DNA of 64,000 nt from Bacteroidaceae bacterium (GTDB taxonomy: Bacteria; Pseudomonadota; Alphaproteobacteria; RF32; CAG-239). Below the pieces are notes generated by a model. It was given only the letters and a program-made list of their open reading frames with translations, searched no databases and was not told the DNA's origin. The stretch's first letter is position 1. Each line of letters starts with the position of its first letter. Where the stretch lies: NCBI GenBank assembly GCA_963641885.1, contig CAVIDY010000001.1:2855-66854 (forward strand). The letters run 5' to 3'. Positions 20,804 to 29,924 of the stretch are shown here, one piece after another. Both the position numbers and the translations under genes were made by a program.

Positions 20804-21514
20804 TTATTCTCCGGTTATTTTTTTAAATGACGCCAGCAAACTTTCCGGCGCGGTCTTTTTGAATTTTGCAAATTTAGTATCGGCAGCCATTTTTCCTTTA
20901 TGCATAAGCAATACTCTCTGCGCCATAGCGTCAACATCTTCCAAAGCGTGAGTAGAAATAATCACCAAATTATTTTTGGCATAATCTTTAATTATCTGCC
21001 GCATACTTTCTTTTTGCACTGGGTCAAGTCCTTCCGTCGGCTCGTCCAACAGCAAAATTTTAGGCATAGCTAACATAGCTGCCGCCAATTCTGCTCTTTT
21101 TTTAAAACCTTTGGACAGTGTTCCCAACGGCTGAAAAATCACATTCTGCAATTCCAGCAGTTTCAGCATTTTTTTTATATTTTCAAATTTCTGCTCTATT
21201 TTCATTTTTTTCAAATCAGCTGAAAAATTCAAAAATTCCAGCGTTGTCATTTCGCCGTACAAAGCAGAAATTTCCGGAACATAACCGATATTCTGCAAAT
21301 ATTTTTCCCGAATGTTTTTAATATTTTCATTTTCGAACAGCACTTCGCCGTTGTCAGCTTCCAAAAATCCGCTGATAATTTTGAACAATGTCGATTTGCC
21401 TGCGCCGTTTTCTCCCAGCAAAACCACTGTTTCATTTTTATCAAATGCTAATGAAACCTCGTCAACTGCCTTAATTTTCCCAAAATATTTGCAGATATTG
21501 TTAATAATCAGCAT
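20804..21514 (-). CDS. ABC transporter ATP-binding protein
   Basis: Walker A GENGAGKST, signature-like LSKGFKKR, Walker B LLLDEPTEGLD. Confidence 0.92.
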   Translation of the reverse strand: MLIINNICKYFGKIKAVDEVSLAFDKNETVVLLGENGAGKSTLFKIISGFLEADNGEVLFENENIKNIREKYLQNIGYVPEISALYGEMTTLEFLNFSADLKKMKIEQKFENIKKMLKLLELQNVIFQPLGTLSKGFKKRAELAAAMLAMPKILLLDEPTEGLDPVQKESMRQIIKDYAKNNLVIISTHALEDVDAMAQRVLLMHKGKMAADTKFAKFKKTAPESLLASFKKITGE

Positions 21515-21608
21515 AAAACAGCTCCATTGTTTAAATAAGATAAACTTTATTCTAATCGGATTTTTTTAAATTTTAACAAATATTTTCAACTTTTGTGAAA
21601 AAACTTTA

Positions 21609-22196
21609 ATGACAAATTGTTTTTATTGGAGTAATAATGTATCAAATTGGCAAAAGCGGAGAAATATTTTGGATAACTTCAACAAAGAAGAATTAAAAAA
21701 TTTTGTAATAGGCTTATGCGTTATCTGCCTGTTTGCAGCTATAATGCTGCTATTTAAGCTTCAGCGTAACGTTTGGAAAGACGCAGAAGACACAGACTAC
21801 CAAATTTATGCCACTTTCAACCGCACCGATGGTTTGGTTGTGGGCAATAAAGTGCGTATGTCAGGTATAGATATCGGACGGGTTGTATCATCTGTGCTTG
21901 ATGATGATTTCCGCGCCACTTTGACTTTACAACTCAAATCTGGTGTTCAAATTCCGGACGATAGCAGCGCCGCAATTGTCAGCTCCGGCATAATGGGAAA
22001 CAAATATATAGAAATAGAACCTGGCGGTTCGGAAGATTATATTGAACCGAACGGAGAATTTGCATATACGCAGGACGCTATGATTTTAGACGAATTGATT
22101 GACCGTGTTATTTCTTTGGGCAAAGCTAAGCGAAAAAAATCTTGTCAGCATACGGAAGAGCCTAAAACCCTAGAAACAACTGAAAGTGGAGAGTAA
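21609..22196 (+). CDS. MlaD/MCE-domain protein 1
   Basis: A TM anchor followed by an MCE domain (TFNRTDGLVVGNKVRMSGIDIGRVVS...NKYIEIEPGG). The start is uncertain. Confidence 0.78.
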   Translation: MTNCFYWSNNVSNWQKRRNILDNFNKEELKNFVIGLCVICLFAAIMLLFKLQRNVWKDAEDTDYQIYATFNRTDGLVVGNKVRMSGIDIGRVVSSVLDDDFRATLTLQLKSGVQIPDDSSAAIVSSGIMGNKYIEIEPGGSEDYIEPNGEFAYTQDAMILDELIDRVISLGKAKRKKSCQHTEEPKTLETTESGE

Positions 22197-22200
22197 TAAA

Positions 22201-22668
22201 ATGAGAAAAAAACCTGTAGAAACCATTATGGGATTAGTAGTGCTGGTTGTTGCCTTGCTGTTTTTGGCATTTGCCTACCGCGTATCCGATTTGCAGGTAG
22301 TTAAGGGCTATCCGCTTAAAGCCGAATTTATGAAAGTCGGAGGTTTAAGCATTGGTTCAGATGTACGCATCAACGGTATAAAAGTCGGCACCGTTACCTC
22401 GCAAAAGCTTAACAATGACGATTATATGGCAGATGTAACTTTCAGCATATCATCTGACATCAAATTACCTAAAGACAGTACAGTTTCAATTGTCAGCGAT
22501 GGGTTAGTCGGCGATAAATTTGTAAAAATCGAGCCTGGAAAATCATCAGAATTCTTGAAAGCAGGCGATTCGTTTGCCAACACCAAAGATTTTAAAACCA
22601 TAGAAGATATGGTTGGTGAAATTATATTTATGGTTACAGATGACGGAAACAAAGATGACAACCAATAA
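22201..22668 (+). CDS. MlaD/MCE-domain protein 2
   Basis: MRKKPVETIMGLVVLVV anchor plus an MCE domain (EFMKVGGLSIGSDVRINGIKVGTV...DKFVKIEPG). I chose the ATG at 22201. Confidence 0.8.
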   Translation: MRKKPVETIMGLVVLVVALLFLAFAYRVSDLQVVKGYPLKAEFMKVGGLSIGSDVRINGIKVGTVTSQKLNNDDYMADVTFSISSDIKLPKDSTVSIVSDGLVGDKFVKIEPGKSSEFLKAGDSFANTKDFKTIEDMVGEIIFMVTDDGNKDDNQ

Positions 22669-23386
22669 ATTTTTATTAAGCGCGGCAGCTTTTGTTTTTT
22701 GCGGGTATGCAGCCAATGCTGCCGAAATAGATATGAATACGGCACGCATGCAGGCAATGGATAAAATTACCGGTCATGTAAAGGTAATAAACGTTCCGGT
22801 CAACGGCAAAGTCAATTTTGGCTCGCTTTCAATAGTGGTGCGCAGCTGCAAAACCCGCCCAGCCGAAGAAACGCCGGAAAACTTTGCTTTTGTAGATATA
22901 GCCGACAAAGACCTGAAAGGCAAAGAAACAAACCTGTTTAAAGGCTGGATGCTGTCATCATCACCAGCAACTAACGCTTTAGAAAACCCAATTTATGATG
23001 TATGGCTTTTGCAATGCCTAAACTCTAAAGTTGACGATTCGGCTTTAATGAGCGAACAAGAATTAACTGAGCGCGATAATCTGCCGATGGCTCCGCGGTC
23101 AAGCCTGCCGACTGCCGTTTCTGCCGAACTAAAAGCCGAAGAAACACCACAGGCTGCCGCCACAGATTCGGCAAAAAAACCAATGGCAGAAATGGAATAT
23201 CTGCCGGAGGAAGATACGGAAAACAAGCCTGAAAATTTGGTTGAGCCGGACAATACGGAAAGTTCGGAATTTTCAGTAGATGAAGAAGATGACGATGATA
23301 CCTCTGCTGAAATTCAAAATGAATTAAATCAAATAAAATCTTCTTGGGAAAACAAAGACGTCAGCGCAGAAAAGCCGACAAAATAG
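22655..23386 (+). CDS. DUF2155-like periplasmic protein with a long acidic C-terminal tail
   Basis: A signal peptide (MTTNKFLLSAAAFVFCGYAANA) is followed by LDKITG-like MDKITGHVKVINVPVNGKVNFGSLSIVVRSC. Its position after MlaD is typical of alphaproteobacteria. The last ~110 aa are rich in Asp/Glu. Confidence 0.62.
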   Translation: MTTNKFLLSAAAFVFCGYAANAAEIDMNTARMQAMDKITGHVKVINVPVNGKVNFGSLSIVVRSCKTRPAEETPENFAFVDIADKDLKGKETNLFKGWMLSSSPATNALENPIYDVWLLQCLNSKVDDSALMSEQELTERDNLPMAPRSSLPTAVSAELKAEETPQAAATDSAKKPMAEMEYLPEEDTENKPENLVEPDNTESSEFSVDEEDDDDTSAEIQNELNQIKSSWENKDVSAEKPTK

Positions 23387-23903
23387 CCGCACTGCCTAAT
23401 AAAGAATAAAACAGTATTCCGCCGACCGAACCGAATGCTACTCTAAAATCGGCGCGCGACGGCATAGAATGCTCAATAAAAAGCGTCAGTAAAAATATAT
23501 AAAGTAAATAGGTTGCGCAGTTTACTGACACAAAATCAAAAAAATGCTTATCAAAAAAATAAGCAAAAATTAACAGTAAGAACGGCGCCATTCCGGTTGG
23601 CAAAGCGTTATAAAATTGCAAATTAGAAAAGCTGACCCGCCCCAAATTATAGTAGCCGTCTTTTTTGCGCGGCAGCAAAGAAAAGTTAACTGGTCGGGCG
23701 TTCAAAATCAATCCGACAGAAAAATGTGCAAATTCATGCAAAGCCGTCCCCGGTAAATTGATAAAAACATACAGCCAAAAATTTCGATAAATTGCATGTT
23801 TTAGCGATGACAAAACAATTACCCATAAAATCAAAAAAAAGCGGCTGGAAACCAAAAAATTTAACATATCTGCCGAATTAAAATATGCCTGTGCATTTTC
23901 CAT
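23361..23903 (-). CDS. Membrane protein with an HExxH motif (Peptidase_M50B-like)
   Basis: ALHEFAHFSVG lies within a polytopic membrane protein. The architecture parallels the paralog at 27850..28533. Confidence 0.5.
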   Translation of the reverse strand: MENAQAYFNSADMLNFLVSSRFFLILWVIVLSSLKHAIYRNFWLYVFINLPGTALHEFAHFSVGLILNARPVNFSLLPRKKDGYYNLGRVSFSNLQFYNALPTGMAPFLLLIFAYFFDKHFFDFVSVNCATYLLYIFLLTLFIEHSMPSRADFRVAFGSVGGILFYSLLGSAAILSAFLR

Positions 23904-23911
23904 ATATCAGC

Positions 23912-24505
23912 CTATTTCTTTTCCAGTACGGACAAACCAGCAACAAAAGTATTAAACATCAGTTGGCAGATAGTTTCTTTATTCACTTTGGTAAATGAGT
24001 CTAAAATATCTTTGGTTAAAAATGAGCTAAGCGCAAATAAGGTCAGCCACAAAATCTGTGACGATAAAATACGTTCAGGACGTTCCATATTCGGCACCAA
24101 ACGGATTAGCAGCTTATTGATGAGACCGGTAATTTTCACCACCTTACGCAAATAAAAATATGAAAAAGTACGATTATTGTTGCGCAAATGAAAGCTATGC
24201 AGCATAAACCAAAGGTTTTTGTTTTCTATCACAAAATTAACAAATTCATGCAAAAAAGCATTCATATCAACAAAAGCATCGTCTGTTACCGAAACTTTTT
24301 CCAAACGCGACGCCAAAGCATCTAAAGTCATATAATTTTGAATTACCACAAAATTATCCATATTGGAAAATTGATTATAAATTGCCCCCACCGAGCAGCC
24401 AGAAGCTTCGGACAATTTACGGACGGTCAAGGCTTCTGTGCCTTTTTCTTGCACAATTTTCCGTCCTGTTTCCAACAACAAATTTTGTATATTGTCTTTT
24501 TCCAT
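23912..24505 (-). CDS. TetR/AcrR family transcriptional regulator
   Basis: TetR_N HTH: GTEALTVRKLSEASGCSVGAIYNQFSNMDNF. I prefer the start at the internal Met MEKDNIQ (24505). Confidence 0.85.
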   Translation of the reverse strand: MEKDNIQNLLLETGRKIVQEKGTEALTVRKLSEASGCSVGAIYNQFSNMDNFVVIQNYMTLDALASRLEKVSVTDDAFVDMNAFLHEFVNFVIENKNLWFMLHSFHLRNNNRTFSYFYLRKVVKITGLINKLLIRLVPNMERPERILSSQILWLTLFALSSFLTKDILDSFTKVNKETICQLMFNTFVAGLSVLEKK

Positions 24506-24615
24506 TTCAGTAATAAATTTACCTGTGTTTAACAAATTATTTGCATTTATGGGACTAGAATAGCGCAAACCGGATTGGTATTCAATTTTTTTTTACGGTT
24601 ATCAAAGGGATAATT

Positions 24616-25596
24616 ATGAAAAAGCTGTTTTTATTTTTTGCATTGTTGTTTTTTTATCAGCCGACTGCTGTTTCGGCTCAAACGATTGACCTTTTGGACA
24701 ATGAAAGCACGGCGACTGAAGCAAACTCAAAAACAGCCGAAGTCGATGCAGCCGCAGCCACCGATTATTTAGACGATTATATTGACGGCGTTGAAACCGA
24801 AAAAAAAGCCCAAAATACGGCACGCGCCCTGCTTAATCAAAAGCCGCAAATTTTAAAACTGCGCCAAAATGAAATAAAAACTCTAGAAAAATTAAAAGAC
24901 AGAACGGCGGAAATACAAACAAAATCACAGCCTGCAGAAAAAATAGAAACTTCGCTGGAAAAGGAAGAAACTAAAGAAGAAATTTTACAAAAACTGCGCG
25001 ATTCGCTGCAAGCGGCTCCTATGGGCTTGTATTGGGCGGCAACCCAAGAGCAAATTCAAGAACTCGGCTTTGAACTGAAACCCGCCGAGCGCAAAGATTA
25101 TAAAAATGTTTTTCAAGTTCTGAATCCTCAGCAAAATAACAACACTTTCGCTGTAACAACCGCTATTTTCGGGTTGCAAAATAAATTATGGTGCATTTAC
25201 GCCCAAGGTGCATTGCTGAATGATGACGCCAAAGCTTCGCAGGTTTTAGCTCTGTACCGCCGCTACTATGAAGCCTTGTCTAAAAAATACGGCAACGCTC
25301 AAGAACATTTTGAACCTTACACTTATCAGGAACAGCTGATTGAAGGCGAAGGCGCTGCCAAAACCACCCGCACCGTTACAAAGCAAAATCCCATCGGCGG
25401 TGATAATTTTTTAAAAGAATTGCAAGAGGGCAAAGCCGTTTTATACTCGACTTTCCAAAATGACGAAATCGGCGTAACTTTAGGTGTTTCAGTTGACGGC
25501 GATGGCAAGAGCTCAATTTCAATCGACTATAAAAACTTTGCTTTAATGGACAGCGAACAGCAAACCGTTTTAAGCAAAACTATTGAAGACTTATAA
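24616..25596 (+). CDS. Secreted hypothetical protein
   Basis: Signal peptide MKKLFLFFALLFFYQPTAVSAQ with an AAGGGA Shine-Dalgarno. I recognise no family. Confidence 0.6.
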   Translation: MKKLFLFFALLFFYQPTAVSAQTIDLLDNESTATEANSKTAEVDAAAATDYLDDYIDGVETEKKAQNTARALLNQKPQILKLRQNEIKTLEKLKDRTAEIQTKSQPAEKIETSLEKEETKEEILQKLRDSLQAAPMGLYWAATQEQIQELGFELKPAERKDYKNVFQVLNPQQNNNTFAVTTAIFGLQNKLWCIYAQGALLNDDAKASQVLALYRRYYEALSKKYGNAQEHFEPYTYQEQLIEGEGAAKTTRTVTKQNPIGGDNFLKELQEGKAVLYSTFQNDEIGVTLGVSVDGDGKSSISIDYKNFALMDSEQQTVLSKTIEDL

Positions 25597-25614
25597 TATT
25601 GAAGGACTAAAATC

Positions 25615-26976
25615 ATGGCTAAAATAAGTTTTTGCGGAATTTCCGGCAGCGGTATGAGCTCACTTGCTCAAATTTTGAAACTTTCAGGCAATCAAATACA
25701 GGGTTCCGACCGCAATTTTGATTTAAACCGCGATTCGGAAAATAAAAAAGCGCTAGAAAACTTAGGTATAAAAATATATCCGCAAGACGGCTCCGGCATC
25801 ACTTCCGACTTGGATTTTGTTTGCGCCTCCACTGCTGTGGAAGATACAATTCCCGATATTAAAGCGGCAAAAGAAAAGAATGTGCCTATAAAAACTCGTC
25901 CGCAGCTGCTCAGTGAAGTATTCCACAGCTATAAATACGGCGTTGCCGTCGGCGGAACTTCGGGTAAAACCACCACAGCCGCCATGGTCGGCTATATTTT
26001 GGACAAAGCCGGTAAAAAGCCGTGCCTTATTAACGGCGGCTTGCTGAGGGACTATGAAGACCGCGTCGGCATACCGAATATAATTTATAATAAAGGCGAT
26101 ATCTGCGTGGTTGAAGCTGATGAAAGCAACGGCAGCATCGACCTTTATAATCCTTATGTTTCAGTTATTAACAATATTTCACACGACCATAAAAGCATTG
26201 AAGAACTTGTAACTTTGTTTCAAAATTTGAGCAACCGCACTAAACAATCGATTGTTGTTAATGATGACTATGAAACCTGCCGCCAGCTCGCTCATAAAAA
26301 TAAAATTACTTTTTCCATAAAAAATCCTCGAGCAGATTTCTTTGCCAGTGAGATAACTCCTTTGCCGCACGGAACCGAATATTCTTTGGACGGACGCAAG
26401 TTTTCACTCAAGCTCATCGGGCAATTTAATGTTGCCAACGCTTTGGCTGCAATTGCCGCCTGCAGTGTTTTCGGCGTTGATAAATTTACCGCCGCTGAGA
26501 TTTTGCAAAATTTCAGCGGAACCAAGCGCCGCCTAGAAGTCATCGGGCAAAAAAACAATATCACCGTTATTGATGATTTTGCCCACAACCCCGACAAAAT
26601 CACCGCCTCCGTTAGCGCCTTGCGCCAATATAAAGGACGCTTGTTGATAATGTTTCAGCCACACGGCTTTGGACCTATGCGCTCCATGGGCAAAGAAATC
26701 ATCGAAAGTTTCGTAAAAAATATGCATCAGAACGATATTTTAATTATGCCGGAAATTTTCTTTGTTGGCGGAACTGTGACCAAAGATATTTCATCGGCTG
26801 ATTTAATTGATTACGCCCGTAAGCTTGGCAAAGCTACTGCTTATTTTGTAGAAAACAAAGCAAACGCCGCCGATTTTTTGGTAAAAGAAGCAAAATCCGG
26901 CGACAGAATTGTCGTTATGGGCGCTCGCGACAACTCTTTAACCGACTTGTGCAAACAAATTTTAGAAAGGCTCTGA
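25615..26976 (+). CDS. Mur ligase family protein (Mpl / MurC-like)
   Basis: An N-terminal Rossmann-like region (GISGSGMSSLAQILKLSGNQIQGSD) and the P-loop GGTSGKTTT. It is followed by an LD-carboxypeptidase gene 3 nt downstream, which favours a murein-peptide recycling (Mpl-like) role. Confidence 0.78.
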   Translation: MAKISFCGISGSGMSSLAQILKLSGNQIQGSDRNFDLNRDSENKKALENLGIKIYPQDGSGITSDLDFVCASTAVEDTIPDIKAAKEKNVPIKTRPQLLSEVFHSYKYGVAVGGTSGKTTTAAMVGYILDKAGKKPCLINGGLLRDYEDRVGIPNIIYNKGDICVVEADESNGSIDLYNPYVSVINNISHDHKSIEELVTLFQNLSNRTKQSIVVNDDYETCRQLAHKNKITFSIKNPRADFFASEITPLPHGTEYSLDGRKFSLKLIGQFNVANALAAIAACSVFGVDKFTAAEILQNFSGTKRRLEVIGQKNNITVIDDFAHNPDKITASVSALRQYKGRLLIMFQPHGFGPMRSMGKEIIESFVKNMHQNDILIMPEIFFVGGTVTKDISSADLIDYARKLGKATAYFVENKANAADFLVKEAKSGDRIVVMGARDNSLTDLCKQILERL

Positions 26977-26979
26977 AAT

Positions 26980-27870
26980 ATGGAAAAACTTAAAAAAGGC
27001 GACAAAATTGCGTTAATAGCTCCGTCCGCACAAATCGGAAGCCAAGATAAAATTCAAAAAGGCTTGAATTTTTTGCAATCTTTGGGTTTAGAGCCGGTTT
27101 TTGCTCCGCATCTTTATAATATCCGCCGCTACATGGCTGGAACAGATGAAGAACGCGCCTCTGATGTGAATTGGGCATTTTCTAAGCCGGAAATAAAAGC
27201 CGTGTTCTGTGTACGCGCTGCCGCCGGTGCTGCCCGTATTTTGCCGTATATTGACTATGAACTTATCAAAGCCAACCCTAAACCTTTGGTCGGTTTTTGC
27301 GACAACGCGGCGCTAATGTTGGCACTGAACCAAAAATCAAACATTATCAGTTGGAACGGATTTTTACCTACTTATGATTTTCGCGGAGATTCTCTCGATT
27401 TACAAGTTAAAGACAGCTTGCTGGCTTTAATTTCCGGCAAGCCGCAAAAAATCATTTCCGGCACAACTTTGCGCATCGGACAAACCGAAGGAACTTTTTT
27501 ATGCAGCAATTTAAGCGTATTGATGAAACTTGCCGGAACGCCGTATTTTCCAGATTTACGGGGTAAAATTCTGCTGGTGGAAGATATACGCGAACGCCTG
27601 CACAAAATTGATTTAATGCTTCAGCAGCTCAAACAACAGCCACAATTCAACGAGCTTAACGGACTTATTTTCGGACATTTCACCGATTGCAGCGGCGATG
27701 AAGAAGACGGAACTTTAGACGATTGCTTTGCCGACTTTTTGCATGGCACGGCTTTTCCTTGCCTCAAAGATTTTGAATTTGGACACACGCCAAGCCGCTA
27801 TGTTTTGCCTTTGGGAGCGCAGGTAAAATTCAACGCCGACAAAACCGAGCTAGAAATTTGCCGCTACTAA
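26980..27870 (+). CDS. S66-family LD-carboxypeptidase (LdcA-like), with Cys at the nucleophile position
   Basis: Family landmarks are GDKIALIAPS, LLVEDIRE and FGHTP. The G-x-S-D nucleophile elbow reads VGFCDNAAL, with codon TGC at 27298-27300. Confidence 0.75.
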   Translation: MEKLKKGDKIALIAPSAQIGSQDKIQKGLNFLQSLGLEPVFAPHLYNIRRYMAGTDEERASDVNWAFSKPEIKAVFCVRAAAGAARILPYIDYELIKANPKPLVGFCDNAALMLALNQKSNIISWNGFLPTYDFRGDSLDLQVKDSLLALISGKPQKIISGTTLRIGQTEGTFLCSNLSVLMKLAGTPYFPDLRGKILLVEDIRERLHKIDLMLQQLKQQPQFNELNGLIFGHFTDCSGDEEDGTLDDCFADFLHGTAFPCLKDFEFGHTPSRYVLPLGAQVKFNADKTELEICRY

Positions 27871-28533
27871 AGCGTAAATTTTTTCAGCATATTCCAAATT
27901 CAGCTTGTTTACCAATTGCAAAAAAGTCAGCACTCCGTTCCACGATTTGCTGGCAAAAGCCAACACTATACCATTGCTAAACAAATTTGCGCTAACAATC
28001 ACTATGCCGGAAAAAACAAACCCAACCTGACTTAAATCCGTCTGTTGCGGGTGCACCTGCGTCAAAACCACCAACCAATGATATGCTAAAAAATAACCGA
28101 GTATCGCATAAACCACCCAATTATTATCCGAAACTTCCAGCAAATACGGCATCAACAGCATATAAAAAAACGCAAACAACGGGAAAAAATACGGCGCTAG
28201 ACTAATCAGCCAGTTACCATGTCCGTTTAATTGCATAGACCCGCCGCTTCCGTCAGGGTTCAAGCGGATTCGTCCGGCATTATGCAAAGTCAGATAGGCA
28301 AAAAATGTGTGGGTAAGCTCATGTGAAATCACTTGCATAGCGCTACGAGTAGTATAGCCGGACAGGAATATTGTTCCCCAAAAGAAAACAAAACCCGCGC
28401 CGACCATTAAAAATTTAAAAGTGTAAAAATCAAAATACCGGTAAACCGTAACCAGCGCTGGCACGGAAAACAGCAAATACAGCGCCGTCGGCAACTTCAG
28501 CAGATTAACGATATAATCAATTATTTTGTGCAT
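27850..28533 (-). CDS. Peptidase_M50B-like integral membrane metalloprotease
   Basis: HELTHTFFAYLTLHNAGRIRLNPDGSGGS matches my recollection of the M50B-like pattern (HExxH followed by ..I.L.pdGSG). The protein is polytopic. Confidence 0.6.
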   Translation of the reverse strand: MHKIIDYIVNLLKLPTALYLLFSVPALVTVYRYFDFYTFKFLMVGAGFVFFWGTIFLSGYTTRSAMQVISHELTHTFFAYLTLHNAGRIRLNPDGSGGSMQLNGHGNWLISLAPYFFPLFAFFYMLLMPYLLEVSDNNWVVYAILGYFLAYHWLVVLTQVHPQQTDLSQVGFVFSGIVIVSANLFSNGIVLAFASKSWNGVLTFLQLVNKLNLEYAEKIYALVAANF

Positions 28534-28613
28534 TTTACCCTCAAATTTTAGATAAATTTTAACTTCAATATCCTAAAATATTTTTAATATCAACTTAAAA
28601 GGACTAAAAAAAG

Positions 28614-28907
28614 ATGCCTGATTTTAACACCTTTGATTTTATGATTACCGATGAAAATGATGTTATGCTGCTGCTTTACGCCCGCAACACCGCTCCAGAA
28701 AATCCGCAGATTCAGCTGAACCCGCAAGAGCACAACATTGTACTTTCCCGCAACAGTGATGATGTTATCACTTTAGAAGGTATTGAAGACGAAATTTTCA
28801 ACAACCTGCAAGAAGAAAATACCTTGCTGGTATGCGAAATAGAGCCAAGCGACAACGAAGAAGAAGCCGAAATAGTTTACACTTACGAAGCGCAAATTGT
28901 TGAATAA
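28614..28907 (+). CDS. Small acidic hypothetical protein
   Basis: 97-aa ORF with an AAGGA Shine-Dalgarno. I recognise no family. Confidence 0.5.
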   Translation: MPDFNTFDFMITDENDVMLLLYARNTAPENPQIQLNPQEHNIVLSRNSDDVITLEGIEDEIFNNLQEENTLLVCEIEPSDNEEEAEIVYTYEAQIVE

Positions 28908-28995
28908 ATAAAATATACATACCTGAATGTATATTTATTTTGTTGAATTTCCAGCAAACATAAACTATTATCTTTGCTGTGGAGGAATAATAAAA

Positions 28996-29385
28996 ATGCG
29001 TAAAATTTTATTTTTATCGTTATTATGCGCTTTGAGTGTTAACTGCGCCAAAGCTGACACCATAATCATTATGGACGACAATAACAATGTAAAACAACAA
29101 ATCTACACCCTGCCCAACACGACGGTGCAAACTACCGCCACTCCGCAGCCTGTGGTGCAAACCCAACCGGTGTATGTTACTTCGGCTCCTTTGCCGCCGC
29201 AGCAGGTGATTGTTACACGACCAGTTCCGCCGGTAGTAGTGGTCAGAGAAACACCTCTGCCGCGCAATTATTACTATGATTCTACGGCAACTGCGGCATT
29301 TGCCGGATTTACGGGTGCTTTGATTGGCGGCTACATCTACGGCAGAGCCGACCACCATCATCACCGCCCACATCACAGAAGATAG
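28996..29385 (+). CDS. Secreted Pro/Val/Gln-rich protein with a Gly-zipper helix and a His-rich tail
   Basis: GGAGGA Shine-Dalgarno 9 nt upstream, then MRKILFLSLLCALSVNCAKA. The C-terminus reads ...GGYIYGRADHHHHRPHHRR. Confidence 0.5.
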   Translation: MRKILFLSLLCALSVNCAKADTIIIMDDNNNVKQQIYTLPNTTVQTTATPQPVVQTQPVYVTSAPLPPQQVIVTRPVPPVVVVRETPLPRNYYYDSTATAAFAGFTGALIGGYIYGRADHHHHRPHHRR

Positions 29386-29391
29386 TGTGGA

Positions 29392-29817
29392 TTGATGCTT
29401 ACACTGCTGACACATAAATTTTGGGAAGCCCTTAAACAAAAGGGTCTTCCTTTTTTATTGGTCGGTATTTGGAACACCGTTTTCGGCATCGGGCTATATA
29501 CAGCCGCCGTACTGTGGCTTGGACAGCGCTATTACTTGTGGCTAAGCGTGATTGTCGGCTTTATCGCCGTAGTGCAGGCTTATTTATGCCACAAATTTTT
29601 TGTATTTAAAACCAAAGGACATTATCTTACGGAATTTGCTAAATTTTATATGGTATATCTGGTTTCTATGCCGATTAGCTTAGGTTTGATGTATATTTGC
29701 GTTGATGTACTAAAAATTCCAGCGATTTACGCCAATATTTTAGTCACCGGAGCAGTCACGGTTTTCAGTTTTATCGGACACAATTGGTTTTCTTTCAAAC
29801 CGCTGAATTTAAAATAA
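29392..29817 (+). CDS. GtrA family membrane protein
   Basis: 141-aa ORF with 4 TM helices and a GtrA-like N-terminus (FLLVGIWNTVFGIGLY). Confidence 0.72.
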   Translation: MMLTLLTHKFWEALKQKGLPFLLVGIWNTVFGIGLYTAAVLWLGQRYYLWLSVIVGFIAVVQAYLCHKFFVFKTKGHYLTEFAKFYMVYLVSMPISLGLMYICVDVLKIPAIYANILVTGAVTVFSFIGHNWFSFKPLNLK

Positions 29818-29820
29818 AAA

Positions 29821-29896
<76 letters not shown>

Positions 29897-29924
29897 AACA
29901 CACAAATACATAAAGCACTTTTAT

